A model generated the notes under the pieces. It did not search any database. It saw only the letters and a list, made by a program, of their open reading frames with translations, and was not told the DNA's origin. Below are positions 1-9,164 of a stretch of DNA of 64,000 bases, piece by piece. Numbering within the stretch: position 1 is the stretch's first letter; each line of letters begins with the position of its first letter. The position numbers and the translations under genes are program-made. The stretch lies in the IMG/VR virus record IMGVR_UViG_3300038386_000109; one strand, given 5' to 3'. Source of the stretch: a virus.

Positions 1-933
1 GGTATTGCTTGTATAATTGGTGAAGGTGTCGAGTGTTACGACCCATGTGACCTGCACCTGTATGGGCCTGAAAAAGGCGATCCTGTGCGGAATCCCCCAC
101 CTGTTTGTGAGGGTAAAAATCTCGTTGCCGTAGGTCCCAACCCCGCCGCCCTTCTTGAGCTGGATCGTCGTAGCAATGACATTGGCGTCACCGCCGTCGA
201 TGACGATCGATACGCAATGGCCCGGAATACCGTTATCATCAGGTGCGTCGGTATCGTTTTCGAAGGCTGCGATTTGCCGCACATCAGCAAGCGTCCACAG
301 AGCGCCAACCAGACCTTCAATCAGCCCTTCTGACGGGATCGCTGTCGACAAGGTCTGCCGCGCCTTAAGCTGAGGATCGGTCTCCACAGGAAGCCCTGGC
401 GTCGCATCGACCTGGTTAACTATTGATTGCCAGCCCGGCTGTGTATTGACGATTGAATTAATTGATCCGGCTGGTGCAGCTATGGAACCCAATATGGTAC
501 AGGTAACGGTCTGGATGATCTGCCCCGAATAGGGAATTTCAACCAATGGCGGCAGGCTCCAGGTGAACCCAGATTCGTCTTGGACCAGTCCATCCGTGAT
601 GAGCGTCCCCGCCTGGCCGACTACGATGACGTCGCATGTCGAACGGGAGGGCACCTTTCTGGCAATTCCATTGATCTTGACAACGCTCGATAGACCAGTC
701 CCCTGCGCCGTCGCCGGGCTGTAGGCATTGTAGACCTGCACGGCCATTGCGTTGGCGTCGAGGATTGCTGTCGCAAGAATGCTGATAAACTGGCCGTCTT
801 GGCTGTCTGGATCGAGGTAAGTGTCCTCGCCATAGATGGCGCGGTACGACGCCTGCATGAACGACAAAACAGTGGGAAAATCCGGCACATGGATGCCGGA
901 CTCGTCGACGTAGGCTACGGGGGTGTTTCCCAT
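1..933 (-). CDS. Baseplate J-like protein (3' end runs off the window)
   Basis: Not in the ORF track because no stop codon is present. Hand translation from ATG at 933 begins MGNTPVAYVDESGIHVPDFPTVLSFMQASYRAIYGEDTYLDPDSQDGQFISILA..., typical of baseplate J/gp47 proteins; last gene of the baseplate cluster. Confidence 0.8.
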   Translation of the reverse strand, partial: MGNTPVAYVDESGIHVPDFPTVLSFMQASYRAIYGEDTYLDPDSQDGQFISILATAILDANAMAVQVYNAYSPATAQGTGLSSVVKINGIARKVPSRSTCDVIVVGQAGTLITDGLVQDESGFTWSLPPLVEIPYSGQIIQTVTCTILGSIAAPAGSINSIVNTQPGWQSIVNQVDATPGLPVETDPQLKARQTLSTAIPSEGLIEGLVGALWTLADVRQIAAFENDTDAPDDNGIPGHCVSIVIDGGDANVIATTIQLKKGGGVGTYGNEIFTLTNRWGIPHRIAFFRPIQVQVTWVVTLDTFTNYTSNT

Positions 934-1287
934 TCAGATCGGCCCAATAAACGGGATCGCGCCATACACCGTATCTAAAAGGCAGTTCACCGAAAAAGCC
1001 CGAGGCTCACGATCAAGCGCGCTCGAGTAATTGGTGAAGCCCTTCACCCCCTGCGTACCGAGTATCCGCGCGCGGATCGCAGGATCGCGCGTCGTGCCTG
1101 TATAATACCCCAAAACCTGGGTGTTCCAAGGCATGCCCTCGTTGAGGTCAAGGAACCACTCGCCTGTCCAGAGCATCAGGCGAGTTTTGACACATTGTGC
1201 TGGTCCATCCGGTACATCGCGCCAAAAATCATCCTGACCATTGCCAAACGACATATCGCCGTTCTTGTCGAGCTTTCGCACTCTCAC
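934..1287 (-). CDS. Baseplate wedge protein (gp25/gp46-like)
   Basis: MRVRKLDKNGDMSFG...VKTRLMLWTGEWFLD motif; position between spike and baseplate J. Confidence 0.7.
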   Translation of the reverse strand: MRVRKLDKNGDMSFGNGQDDFWRDVPDGPAQCVKTRLMLWTGEWFLDLNEGMPWNTQVLGYYTGTTRDPAIRARILGTQGVKGFTNYSSALDREPRAFSVNCLLDTVYGAIPFIGPI

Positions 1288-2093
1288 GACGTGTACTCCG
1301 TGACATCGGGCGGATTGCCTGGCGCGGCGTCTATCTGGGGAGCCTTCAGACCAATATCTGACTGGATTGTCTCTGTGGCGCGAAGTCCACCGTTATGGTT
1401 CCAGGTTCCCTTAGTAGTAATTTTGGGAGCTTCGACATGAACTTTCATGGACGACTTGTGGGATATGCCGCTGCCTTTGTCTACCACCGTGACATGCTGG
1501 CCGCTGTCGACACTTGTCGTGATAGTCCCATTCGAGTGATCGAAGTCGATCACATGCTTCGGCTTTCCGTCACCGCCTTCATCATCGCTGCGCAGCTGCA
1601 CGGTCTTCGTCGATATATTTTTCAGCTGCCGTGGCTTTGCACTGATGCCGGGAATAAAAAATACATCGCTGAGGTGGTTCATGCGCTCGTCGGTAGGTTC
1701 CTGAGTACCACCCTTGTCGTACCACTTGTCCATCGCGCGCGACGAGATGATCACCAGACCCTCGTCGCCCTTTTTGATCGGGTGCGTGAGTGACCAGCCG
1801 CCCTTTCCCTCCTTGTCGGCGCCGCCGCGGATGAAGTGAATCGGGGTCTCGTCGAGCGTGGTGATATCCACATATTTGGAGCCGCCCTTGATCACGTCCG
1901 TCTCCTTGGACTTGATCTGGATTTGGAGTTTCACCTTTTTCCCGTCCTGGCTGTCCTCGACAGCTTGAACGGGGAAGCAGAAAAACATCTCGCGCATCAT
2001 GCCCTCGAAGGCGGCGCGCATCCTCTCCTCTGCGTCCTCAAAGCTCTCGCGGATATCGAAGCCAGCTCCGCTGGCCCCGCTTGTGTCGCTCAT
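1284..2093 (-). CDS. Baseplate spike/assembly protein (Gp138 N-terminal-like, gpV-like)
   Basis: PIHFIRGG...SLTHPIKKGDEGLVIISSRAMDKWY...RMNHLSDVFFIPG; start moved to ATG 2093 (ATGA overlap with hub stop). Confidence 0.8.
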   Translation of the reverse strand: MSDTSGASGAGFDIRESFEDAEERMRAAFEGMMREMFFCFPVQAVEDSQDGKKVKLQIQIKSKETDVIKGGSKYVDITTLDETPIHFIRGGADKEGKGGWSLTHPIKKGDEGLVIISSRAMDKWYDKGGTQEPTDERMNHLSDVFFIPGISAKPRQLKNISTKTVQLRSDDEGGDGKPKHVIDFDHSNGTITTSVDSGQHVTVVDKGSGISHKSSMKVHVEAPKITTKGTWNHNGGLRATETIQSDIGLKAPQIDAAPGNPPDVTEYTS

Positions 2094-3037
2094 GCCGGCA
2101 GCCTTCCCTGCAGCGGTAGCGGTGTCGGATTCTCCACCGCATTGCAATCGATCTCGGCATACCACGGGATGCCGTGCGTGTCGCCAACCCAATCTATATA
2201 AAGAATTCGGTAAGTCCCAGATGGAGAAAGGCCAGGCAACGTCGACGAGCTGGTGGAAAATGCATCCTGGTTCGATAGGTCGAGCTGCCCGGCCTGAATA
2301 GAATCGTTGTTTAACCGAAGAAGCCTGCCGACCTCAAAGTTTGGGTTAATCAACGCGCGGACCTTCACACCCTCGTAAGTTTGGAGCGGAGACCCTATCA
2401 TGCCAGTCGCCGCGTTCACCTCGATAGGGCCGCCAGGAATACTGTCGTCCTTTCTCTTGATGAACGTCAGCTTACCGTTCGTGATGAACCATAGACCCTT
2501 GGCCGTGTGTGTAATATCCCGCAGGAATTTCCGCGACATCCCGCGCATGACGAATGGCTGAGGGTAGATGATTTTGGAAAATATGGACTCGAGGCCGTTA
2601 TAGCCCTGGGTCAACGTCTCGTCCTGCTTCTGCATCGATTTGAATGCAGCCTTATTAACATCCTGGGCGCTAGACCCCGCCTTGAGCGTCTCATTGTTCG
2701 TGGCATTGTTGTAAGCCTTGTCGCCGTCCTGACTGCGGATCATCACAAAGGTCTCGGTCGGCGTCTCTCGGCCTTTATATTTCTGCTGGACCCAGCCTTC
2801 GTATATCTTGCCGTGATTATCCTGGTACCCAGCTTCCAGTCTGACGCGCGAATTTCTCTGCTGGAAAATGGCGTTGGCGGTCTGAGCCGACAGATTGTAG
2901 ATCGTGAAATCGGCGATGTTCGGCGTCTGCGTCGTCTTGTGGGAAATGCGAAATTTAATGCGCATGTTGGAGACGTCGTACGACTGGTTCCCGTCCCCCG
3001 TCGTCAACTTGATGTAGCGAATCCAGTTGCGACTCAC
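2090..3037 (-). CDS. Baseplate hub protein (gp27/gp44-like)
   Basis: IKFRISHK...NIADFTIYNLS...VRLEAGY...TGMIGSP...VRALINP...YRILYIDWVGDTHGIPWY pattern. Confidence 0.8.
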   Translation of the reverse strand: MSRNWIRYIKLTTGDGNQSYDVSNMRIKFRISHKTTQTPNIADFTIYNLSAQTANAIFQQRNSRVRLEAGYQDNHGKIYEGWVQQKYKGRETPTETFVMIRSQDGDKAYNNATNNETLKAGSSAQDVNKAAFKSMQKQDETLTQGYNGLESIFSKIIYPQPFVMRGMSRKFLRDITHTAKGLWFITNGKLTFIKRKDDSIPGGPIEVNAATGMIGSPLQTYEGVKVRALINPNFEVGRLLRLNNDSIQAGQLDLSNQDAFSTSSSTLPGLSPSGTYRILYIDWVGDTHGIPWYAEIDCNAVENPTPLPLQGRLPA

Positions 3038-3369
3038 GCGATCGCCTCCGCGTACGCATAGTAGAGCTTCGTTGTCACGCCGAGATTGTCGAAGGTCGGT
3101 GGCGCCGCCATGTCACCAGCGCTGACGATGAACATGCTGCCGATACCAAGGTACTGGTACTGCGCTAGCAAATCGGCCCCGGGCACAAGCGGGATGCCAC
3201 AGACGATTGGATCATCAGTCGGACCGTCGGCGATATCCATAATCCACCCGCCCTCTGGGGCATTGATGTACAGAAACCGCAGTCGATAATTTATCCCGTT
3301 CAACGGAATATAGAATTGCTGCGCAGTCGAGGGCTGCAGCGGTATCTCAAAAACGATCCTCTGGGCCAT
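3034..3369 (-). CDS. Small baseplate protein (plug/DUF6983-like)
   Basis: EIPLQPSTAQQFYIPLNG...WIMDI...GIPLVPGADLLAQYQYLG; synteny. Confidence 0.65.
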   Translation of the reverse strand: MAQRIVFEIPLQPSTAQQFYIPLNGINYRLRFLYINAPEGGWIMDIADGPTDDPIVCGIPLVPGADLLAQYQYLGIGSMFIVSAGDMAAPPTFDNLGVTTKLYYAYAEAIA

Positions 3370-3379
3370 CTTCCAGCTC

Positions 3380-3964
3380 CTACGCAGGCTCGTTGTTTAG
3401 GCCGCCGATCGATCCGATGCCGGCACCCCCATCGTCAAACAGGCCGGAGGCCCCAAGCTGCTGCGTACCCAGCTGCTGCACCCCGCCGGTAGCGGCTGGA
3501 TCGGATTGCGCGCTGTTGCTTGCCAAACCACTCCCCCCGCTTGTGCTGGTGATAATCACCTCTCGAATTCCGGCGACGCAGCTGAGAGCAAACTCGCTCT
3601 GCTTATCCGTGGTGATCGCCAGTGATGCTATCAGCATATTTTTGTAGGAACGCTTCCCGGTGGACACATTAAATGGTTCGCGACTTCCCTGGAGTATGCG
3701 CAGCTCCTCGTAGACGCGCTGAACAAAACCGACCGACTGCTCTGTCGAATCCGACCAGCCGACGCGCATCTGGACCTCGACGGGCCGCATGAACGCATGA
3801 TCAGAGATTGTCGATCCGATCTCGACCGGGTGATCCGTGATCACCAGCTCGTCGTGGTGTACCTCCTCGATCGTGACATCGGGGATAATAGTTCCGATCA
3901 TGCGCTGACGGGGTCGCTGGATCAGCGCGTACGGTATGGCTAGATCGCCAATCAGATCGACCAT
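3380..3964 (-). CDS. Tail tube initiator / Dit-like protein
   Basis: TIEEVHHDELVITDHPVEIGSTISDHAF...FNVSTGKRSYKNMLI; follows tape measure. Confidence 0.7.
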   Translation of the reverse strand: MVDLIGDLAIPYALIQRPRQRMIGTIIPDVTIEEVHHDELVITDHPVEIGSTISDHAFMRPVEVQMRVGWSDSTEQSVGFVQRVYEELRILQGSREPFNVSTGKRSYKNMLIASLAITTDKQSEFALSCVAGIREVIITSTSGGSGLASNSAQSDPAATGGVQQLGTQQLGASGLFDDGGAGIGSIGGLNNEPA

Positions 3965-3972
3965 CGAGGCTC

Positions 3973-6027
3973 CTACCTATCGATGACGAGCGCTGGCAAT
4001 GCATGATTATTGCCGCTCTTGCGCTCACCGACCCCCGACTGCGCCCCTGGCGGGGCGTGACCTGTTTTCGTTTCCTTCGTACCCTTAGGTAGCGCCGACG
4101 TCGGCCCACCAGTCGCCTCTTTTATCATGTTGTCGTGCGCCCGGGTAACCGCTTTCGTGACCTGCTGCGCAACGGCATGAGGGTCCGACATGCCGTGCAC
4201 GTCGATCGTCAGGTGTTGCTTGGTCGATGAATTTTTAATCGTGTTGTTCCAGGTGTTCTGCACACCCGGGGGTATGTCGGTCCTGAAGCCATGCAGGTCG
4301 AAATAGCGCGAGCCGTCGTGCAGGAACTTCGCCTTCTCCTTATCGATCAGCGGCGCAACGATAGGGGGAGGTGACACTGTCGCCGCTACCGGTCCGCCGA
4401 GGCCTGGACCCATCGGCGTCGCACGCGCCTCGCCGCCGTAAAATTGGCGGTAGGCGCCAGACGAGTACGTGCTCCAATCCCGATAGCCACCCGCCTCGCG
4501 CGCCATCTGCAAAGCAACACGGGCGTTGGTTTTCGGGTCATAGAGGTCGCTGTACGACTTAAGACCGAAGCGCTTCAAGCGTTCCGGCCCCATCCGACCG
4601 AGCATGTTGATCTGCCAGAGACCGAAACTGTAGTCCCGGCCGTACGGATTAAGCGCCGACGGCCGACCGCGAGATTCCGCCATCCCTATCGCCGCGAGCG
4701 TTCGCGCCTCAGCGTCGGAAGCGCCAGCCTGCTTCATCAGCTGGAAGAGCCCGGCGGTATTGAACCGCTCCTTGCTGCCAGCGCCAGGATCAGCGCCGCC
4801 CATCAGCTTGTTCAAGCCGGCGCGCACGCGAGAGAACACGCCCCCGGCGCGGCCCCGTAGAGTGTCGCTGTAGGCTCCGGGGTCTACAGCAGCCCCACCG
4901 CCGCCAACCGCACCAGCGCCGCCCCCAGCGGCTCCTGCGGGGGTTTCTCCGCCGCCTTCCCCTGTAGGGGCGCTGCCAGTGTTGGCTTCGGCCGGCGTCG
5001 CCCCGAAGAGCTTCATGAACGAAGCGAATGCGAGGGCCAGCGCGCCAATCGCGCCGATCGCGGTACCGAGCCGCCGTCCGATCAGCAAGAGCAGCAGCAG
5101 CTCGATGGCACCCTTCCATCCAACCGTGTTGACGGTAGCTTTGCTGACGTTGACCGCGAAATTCTTAAAACCAGTGGCCATCTCCTTCAGCTGCGATAGC
5201 CACTGGTCTCTCGTTTCGATCAGGTGAATGAGACCGTCGGCCAGAGCCATTAACGCCTTGCCGACGTCGACCAGAAAATCCCTGATCTTTACAGAGTTTG
5301 CATCGATCAGCGCCGTGAGCCTCTCGAGCTTCTCGCCAGTCGGACCGGCGAGCCGTTCGGCAACCGAGTAGAGGATGGTGTCGACCGACTGGACGAATTC
5401 GTTTTTCGATTCGGTGAGCTTCGCGCTTTTCTCACCGAAGTTCGGGTCCTTGGGGTCTATCCCGTGCAGACCCTCCCGCTGCTCGAACTTCTTGACCTCC
5501 TCCTCGAAATTTTTGCGGGTGGCCGTGTACACAGCCATCTCGGACACATGGTAGTGCTCCGCCATTATCGAGACGACGGTGCCGTACGGGTACTTCTTCT
5601 CCAGCGCCTTGATGAGCGCGACTAAGTTCTGCGCATCAGTGTTCGTCTCTGGATGCTCGACGCCGTTCTCGCGGAGCACACGCGCGGCGCCGCCCGGCGT
5701 GTTTTCGAGCTGGCGGAGCTGTTGGCTGAAGCTCTCCAGCGCCTGGGTCATTACCTCGGCTTGCGTGCCGACGGCTTCAGCAGCGCCGCCGAGTGCCCTT
5801 ATCTGCCCGACAGTGGAATGTGTGCGCTGCGCCTGCCAGTAGAGATGGTCCAGGCTGCCGACGATGGTCTCGAAGACCTGCGAGCGCGCCGCGGCGCCGG
5901 CAACGAACGCCAGCGAAAGCTCGGTGATGCGCTTGCCCACATCCTCGATGTGGTCGAGCATCTTCCGCTTCGACTGTTCGTCGATCTTCCAGCTGAGGCC
6001 GACAAAGAATTCGGTGATCGGATTCAC
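3973..6027 (-). CDS. Tape measure-like protein 2 with lytic transglycosylase (SLT/lysozyme-like) domain
   Basis: 684 aa, helical N-half; AAIGMAESRGRPSALNPYGRDYSFGLWQINM...DLYDPKTNARVA...WSTY lysozyme-like motif; GTG start overlapping upstream stop. Confidence 0.75.
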   Translation of the reverse strand: MNPITEFFVGLSWKIDEQSKRKMLDHIEDVGKRITELSLAFVAGAAARSQVFETIVGSLDHLYWQAQRTHSTVGQIRALGGAAEAVGTQAEVMTQALESFSQQLRQLENTPGGAARVLRENGVEHPETNTDAQNLVALIKALEKKYPYGTVVSIMAEHYHVSEMAVYTATRKNFEEEVKKFEQREGLHGIDPKDPNFGEKSAKLTESKNEFVQSVDTILYSVAERLAGPTGEKLERLTALIDANSVKIRDFLVDVGKALMALADGLIHLIETRDQWLSQLKEMATGFKNFAVNVSKATVNTVGWKGAIELLLLLLIGRRLGTAIGAIGALALAFASFMKLFGATPAEANTGSAPTGEGGGETPAGAAGGGAGAVGGGGAAVDPGAYSDTLRGRAGGVFSRVRAGLNKLMGGADPGAGSKERFNTAGLFQLMKQAGASDAEARTLAAIGMAESRGRPSALNPYGRDYSFGLWQINMLGRMGPERLKRFGLKSYSDLYDPKTNARVALQMAREAGGYRDWSTYSSGAYRQFYGGEARATPMGPGLGGPVAATVSPPPIVAPLIDKEKAKFLHDGSRYFDLHGFRTDIPPGVQNTWNNTIKNSSTKQHLTIDVHGMSDPHAVAQQVTKAVTRAHDNMIKEATGGPTSALPKGTKETKTGHAPPGAQSGVGERKSGNNHALPALVIDR

Positions 6028-8012
6028 GCGACGGCGCCCTTTGTGTTGCGCAGCAGTCGCGCATCATGCATGGGCCCGGCCATACTCCCGACCTTCGTCG
6101 CCGGATCGTTGTCACTGCCGTGGATGTTTACGGCCACCTCCTGACCAAATGAATAGCGGTTCGACGACTGATGGAATGTCCCCGCTGGACCAGGCCGGCG
6201 GAACCGCTCGCGTATCTCCTCGGCATTGAGATTGCCGAAAGGCGACGCACCAGGCGTCGCTCTTGCCCCCGGAGATGCAGCCGTGTGAGGTGCGCCTTCT
6301 TGAGACTCTGGACGCGGTGTGTAGGGCGCGAACTTCGGATCACGCCGAGCGCTCGCTCCGGCCGCACTCGGAGATATATCGACCCTGGCTGCACCGTCCT
6401 TGCCTACGTGCAAAAAGGCGCGACCGTGGGCGGCGATCATACGTTTCACATGCTCTTTGAATTGCGGCCACTGAGCGCCAGCGATAGCGACGCACCCTTC
6501 CGTAATTAACTGGTCCGAGGAACCAGCATGAAGTTCTATCCCTCGACGCATACGTCCGAGAGACGAGTCCCAAATAGCGTTATTGTTTATGCCGAGCGCG
6601 CCGTGCGCCCGACCCCACGGACCGATAGTGTTGGGCGTAATTGGGTAATCGCCAGGAGGGATTGGCGCGTTGCCGTGACCACCTGATCCAAATCGGTAAT
6701 GCTCTCCCTCGATATCTAACTGACCGCCGACGTGACCAGGACCACCACTGCCGGATACCGGACCGCCTGTTGCGTCGGTTGTCTTTTTCCCGGTGAGCCA
6801 GTCCCATCCTTTTTTCAAGGCCCTCCCGGGAGCCTGTAAAATCCCGAGCCCCGGCCCTGCCCCGACCGACGGTCCCTCTGGAACTTCCGGCAGAGGACCA
6901 ACGCCGCCTGCACCAGAACCCGCGATCTCTGGATGCTCCTGTGTTGCGTAGAGACTACTGAGACCAAGCGCCAACATCCCAGCAATCACCGGATGACGCG
7001 CGAGAAGGGCGATAATGCTCGTGACAATTCCGCGGGCCCTAAGCATGCGCAGAATGAATACCCCGAGCAGCAGCTCGATAGCGGCCTGCCATTTATTTGT
7101 CTGCCCGGTCAGCTGCGCGAAGGTGTTAACCAACCAGCGCAGACTTGCGATGATCGGGGTCATCACATTGTGCATGGCGTCGAGAGCAGGCTTCGCTTGA
7201 CCCCTCATCGATTTAATGAATTCACCGAGCTGCGTGACGGTCTCGGTGATCCACTTCTGGATATCCTTGCCGTTCTCGTCGAGCAATTTGACGATCTTCT
7301 CGATCTGCTCGGTCAGGTACGGCGAGAGCTTCTCGGTGACCGATTTGACGATGGTATCGACGGCGCTCCACAGCTCGCGCCAGGACCCCTGCAGCTTTCT
7401 GCTGTTCTCGGTGAGCTTCCCGACATTGATGCCGGCCTTGTCCCAACGCTCCGCCGTCCGCCTGATCACCCTTTCGAATTCAGGGTAGTTCCATCGGCCG
7501 AGATTTTCATTGATGCCGAACAGCCGCCTATAAGCGTCCTCGGCAGCCGGATTTTTCTTGGCATTGATGGCCTCGATGGTCTTCTGTATGATCGGGAATA
7601 AGTTTCCCGCTGCGAAAAGCTCATCGATCTCCTTCTTCGCCATTCCAGCCTGGCGCAATGTCTCGCGCACGGTGTTCTGGATGGAGCCGTTGCGCCACTG
7701 CTTCGAGAACCCCTCGATCGAGGCGTCGGCGTCGGCGAATGTGTTGCCGGTGGCCTCAGCAGCCTCGCGCAGGGCCGTGAGGTCCTTGACGCTGCCGCCC
7801 GCTCGCTCCGCGACGAACGACGTGGATTCGACCGCCTCGGATGATTTTAGAAGCAGACCCTTGAAGGCGAGAGACGCCGCCTCGATCGCCGCGGCAATAC
7901 CGAGGATGGCGGTGCTGACACTATTGACCTTCAGGAGCAGATCGCGCGCCTGACCCGCGTCGACCTTAAATTCGAGAAGTGCTACCCAGTTCTTAAGGAC
8001 CTCGTCCGCCAT
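6024..8012 (-). CDS. Tape measure-like protein 1 with L,D-transpeptidase-like (Tlde1/DUF2778-like) domain
   Basis: Start moved to MADEVLKN (8012); helical N-half; C-region YRFGSGG...PIPPGDYPI...RRGIELHAGSSDQLITEGCVAI carries the H-x(n)-GC motif of the YkuD fold. Confidence 0.7.
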   Translation of the reverse strand: MADEVLKNWVALLEFKVDAGQARDLLLKVNSVSTAILGIAAAIEAASLAFKGLLLKSSEAVESTSFVAERAGGSVKDLTALREAAEATGNTFADADASIEGFSKQWRNGSIQNTVRETLRQAGMAKKEIDELFAAGNLFPIIQKTIEAINAKKNPAAEDAYRRLFGINENLGRWNYPEFERVIRRTAERWDKAGINVGKLTENSRKLQGSWRELWSAVDTIVKSVTEKLSPYLTEQIEKIVKLLDENGKDIQKWITETVTQLGEFIKSMRGQAKPALDAMHNVMTPIIASLRWLVNTFAQLTGQTNKWQAAIELLLGVFILRMLRARGIVTSIIALLARHPVIAGMLALGLSSLYATQEHPEIAGSGAGGVGPLPEVPEGPSVGAGPGLGILQAPGRALKKGWDWLTGKKTTDATGGPVSGSGGPGHVGGQLDIEGEHYRFGSGGHGNAPIPPGDYPITPNTIGPWGRAHGALGINNNAIWDSSLGRMRRGIELHAGSSDQLITEGCVAIAGAQWPQFKEHVKRMIAAHGRAFLHVGKDGAARVDISPSAAGASARRDPKFAPYTPRPESQEGAPHTAASPGARATPGASPFGNLNAEEIRERFRRPGPAGTFHQSSNRYSFGQEVAVNIHGSDNDPATKVGSMAGPMHDARLLRNTKGAVA

Positions 8013-8253
8013 GAGCTTGCCGCTCCATCGCCTCGCGCGCGCGATACTCGTTCTCGTCTTGAACATCTAACGCATCGTTCATGCGCTGGATATCCTCGAG
8101 GTCGATGGTCGTGCCCTTCAGTTGCTCGTACCCGATCAGCCCGCGTACGACTGGCCGCATAAGCCAGTCCTCTCCATCCTCCATTTGGACGGATTCGAAA
8201 TCTACCGCCCCTGCACCACGCCTACTGAAGGTGAGAGGCTTGCGGGAAAAAAA
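7993..8253 (-). CDS. Tail assembly chaperone frameshift extension (GT-like, DUF6889-like)
   Basis: WLMRPVVRGLIGYEQLKGTTIDLEDIQRMNDALDVQDENE motif; reached by a -1 shift at T TTT TTT (8253-8247). Confidence 0.65.
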   Translation of the reverse strand, partial: FFSRKPLTFSRRGAGAVDFESVQMEDGEDWLMRPVVRGLIGYEQLKGTTIDLEDIQRMNDALDVQDENEYRAREAMERQAHGGRGP

Positions 8254-8663
8254 CCGGAAAATGACTCCATCAGCACATTGAAGACGATACGCATCATCGT
8301 CGCCATGTCGACGTCGGAGTACATCATGGTCTGCGCGGAGCGGTTCCAGATCGCGGTCCACGGATTACCCGGGGTCACCTCGCCCTTGCAGCGCACCACC
8401 CCTGACAGACATTTGTCGAGGACGTAGTTCGCGTCCTCCTCCTTCATTTGCGCCAAAACTTGGGTCAGCGGCTCGATCATCGCAATCGCTGCCGCCACCC
8501 GCTCGTCGTCTGTCATTGGCGCCGACGAGATGGCTGCCCTGATAAGCTCAGAGTCTTTGAATGCCCCCATGACGGGCGCAACCTTCCGAGCTACGTGGAA
8601 CTGAGTAATAGGGTCCATAGGCGCGTTCCTGTACGCATATCCCCCGATCTGAAACTCACCCAT
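8202..8663 (-). CDS. Tail assembly chaperone (G-like)
   Basis: MGEFQIGGYAYRNAPMDPITQFHVARKVAPV...; lies between tube and tape measure; slippery heptamer near the 3' end. Confidence 0.75.
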   Translation of the reverse strand: MGEFQIGGYAYRNAPMDPITQFHVARKVAPVMGAFKDSELIRAAISSAPMTDDERVAAAIAMIEPLTQVLAQMKEEDANYVLDKCLSGVVRCKGEVTPGNPWTAIWNRSAQTMMYSDVDMATMMRIVFNVLMESFSGFFPASLSPSVGVVQGR

Positions 8664-8670
8664 GTCCTAT

Positions 8671-9150
8671 TTACGCTGCTCCCTGGTTAATGTTGGAGAT
8701 CGGGAATCCGTCGCCAACCTTCGGATCGTAGATGCCGCAGTTGAAGGTCCATTCCATGATGCCGCCGTCCTCGGCGTACACGAGGTCTGGATGCTTCACG
8801 AAGCCGCACTGCTGGCAGGTCGCGATGTCACCGCGCACAGGATCGCGCACGGTGATCGTGTTCTGACCGTAGTAGGCGGCGCTTGTCGTCTGGTACCTGT
8901 ACATCGCATTCAGCGCGGCGTTGGCGGCGCTGGTCTTCTGCAGGCGGATGGTGACCCTGGCTGCCTTGCTGGCGTGCAGCGAGTGCATCACCGCGCCGTC
9001 GGCGCCGACCACCATCGTCGCCTTGTCTTCCAGCTCGGCCATCGTGATGCCGCCCTTGTCGACACCTACACCAGTCGAGAGATTAACGTCGCCGCCAGGA
9101 CCGCTGATGGCGCAAGCGACGTCTAAGAAGCTATAGGTGTTCGCAGCCAT
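8671..9150 (-). CDS. Tail tube protein (DUF3277 family)
   Basis: YSFLDVACAISGPGG...GADGAVMHSLHASKAARVTIRLQKTS. Confidence 0.85.
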   Translation of the reverse strand: MAANTYSFLDVACAISGPGGDVNLSTGVGVDKGGITMAELEDKATMVVGADGAVMHSLHASKAARVTIRLQKTSAANAALNAMYRYQTTSAAYYGQNTITVRDPVRGDIATCQQCGFVKHPDLVYAEDGGIMEWTFNCGIYDPKVGDGFPISNINQGAA

Positions 9151-9164
9151 CGATCAGCTCCTAA

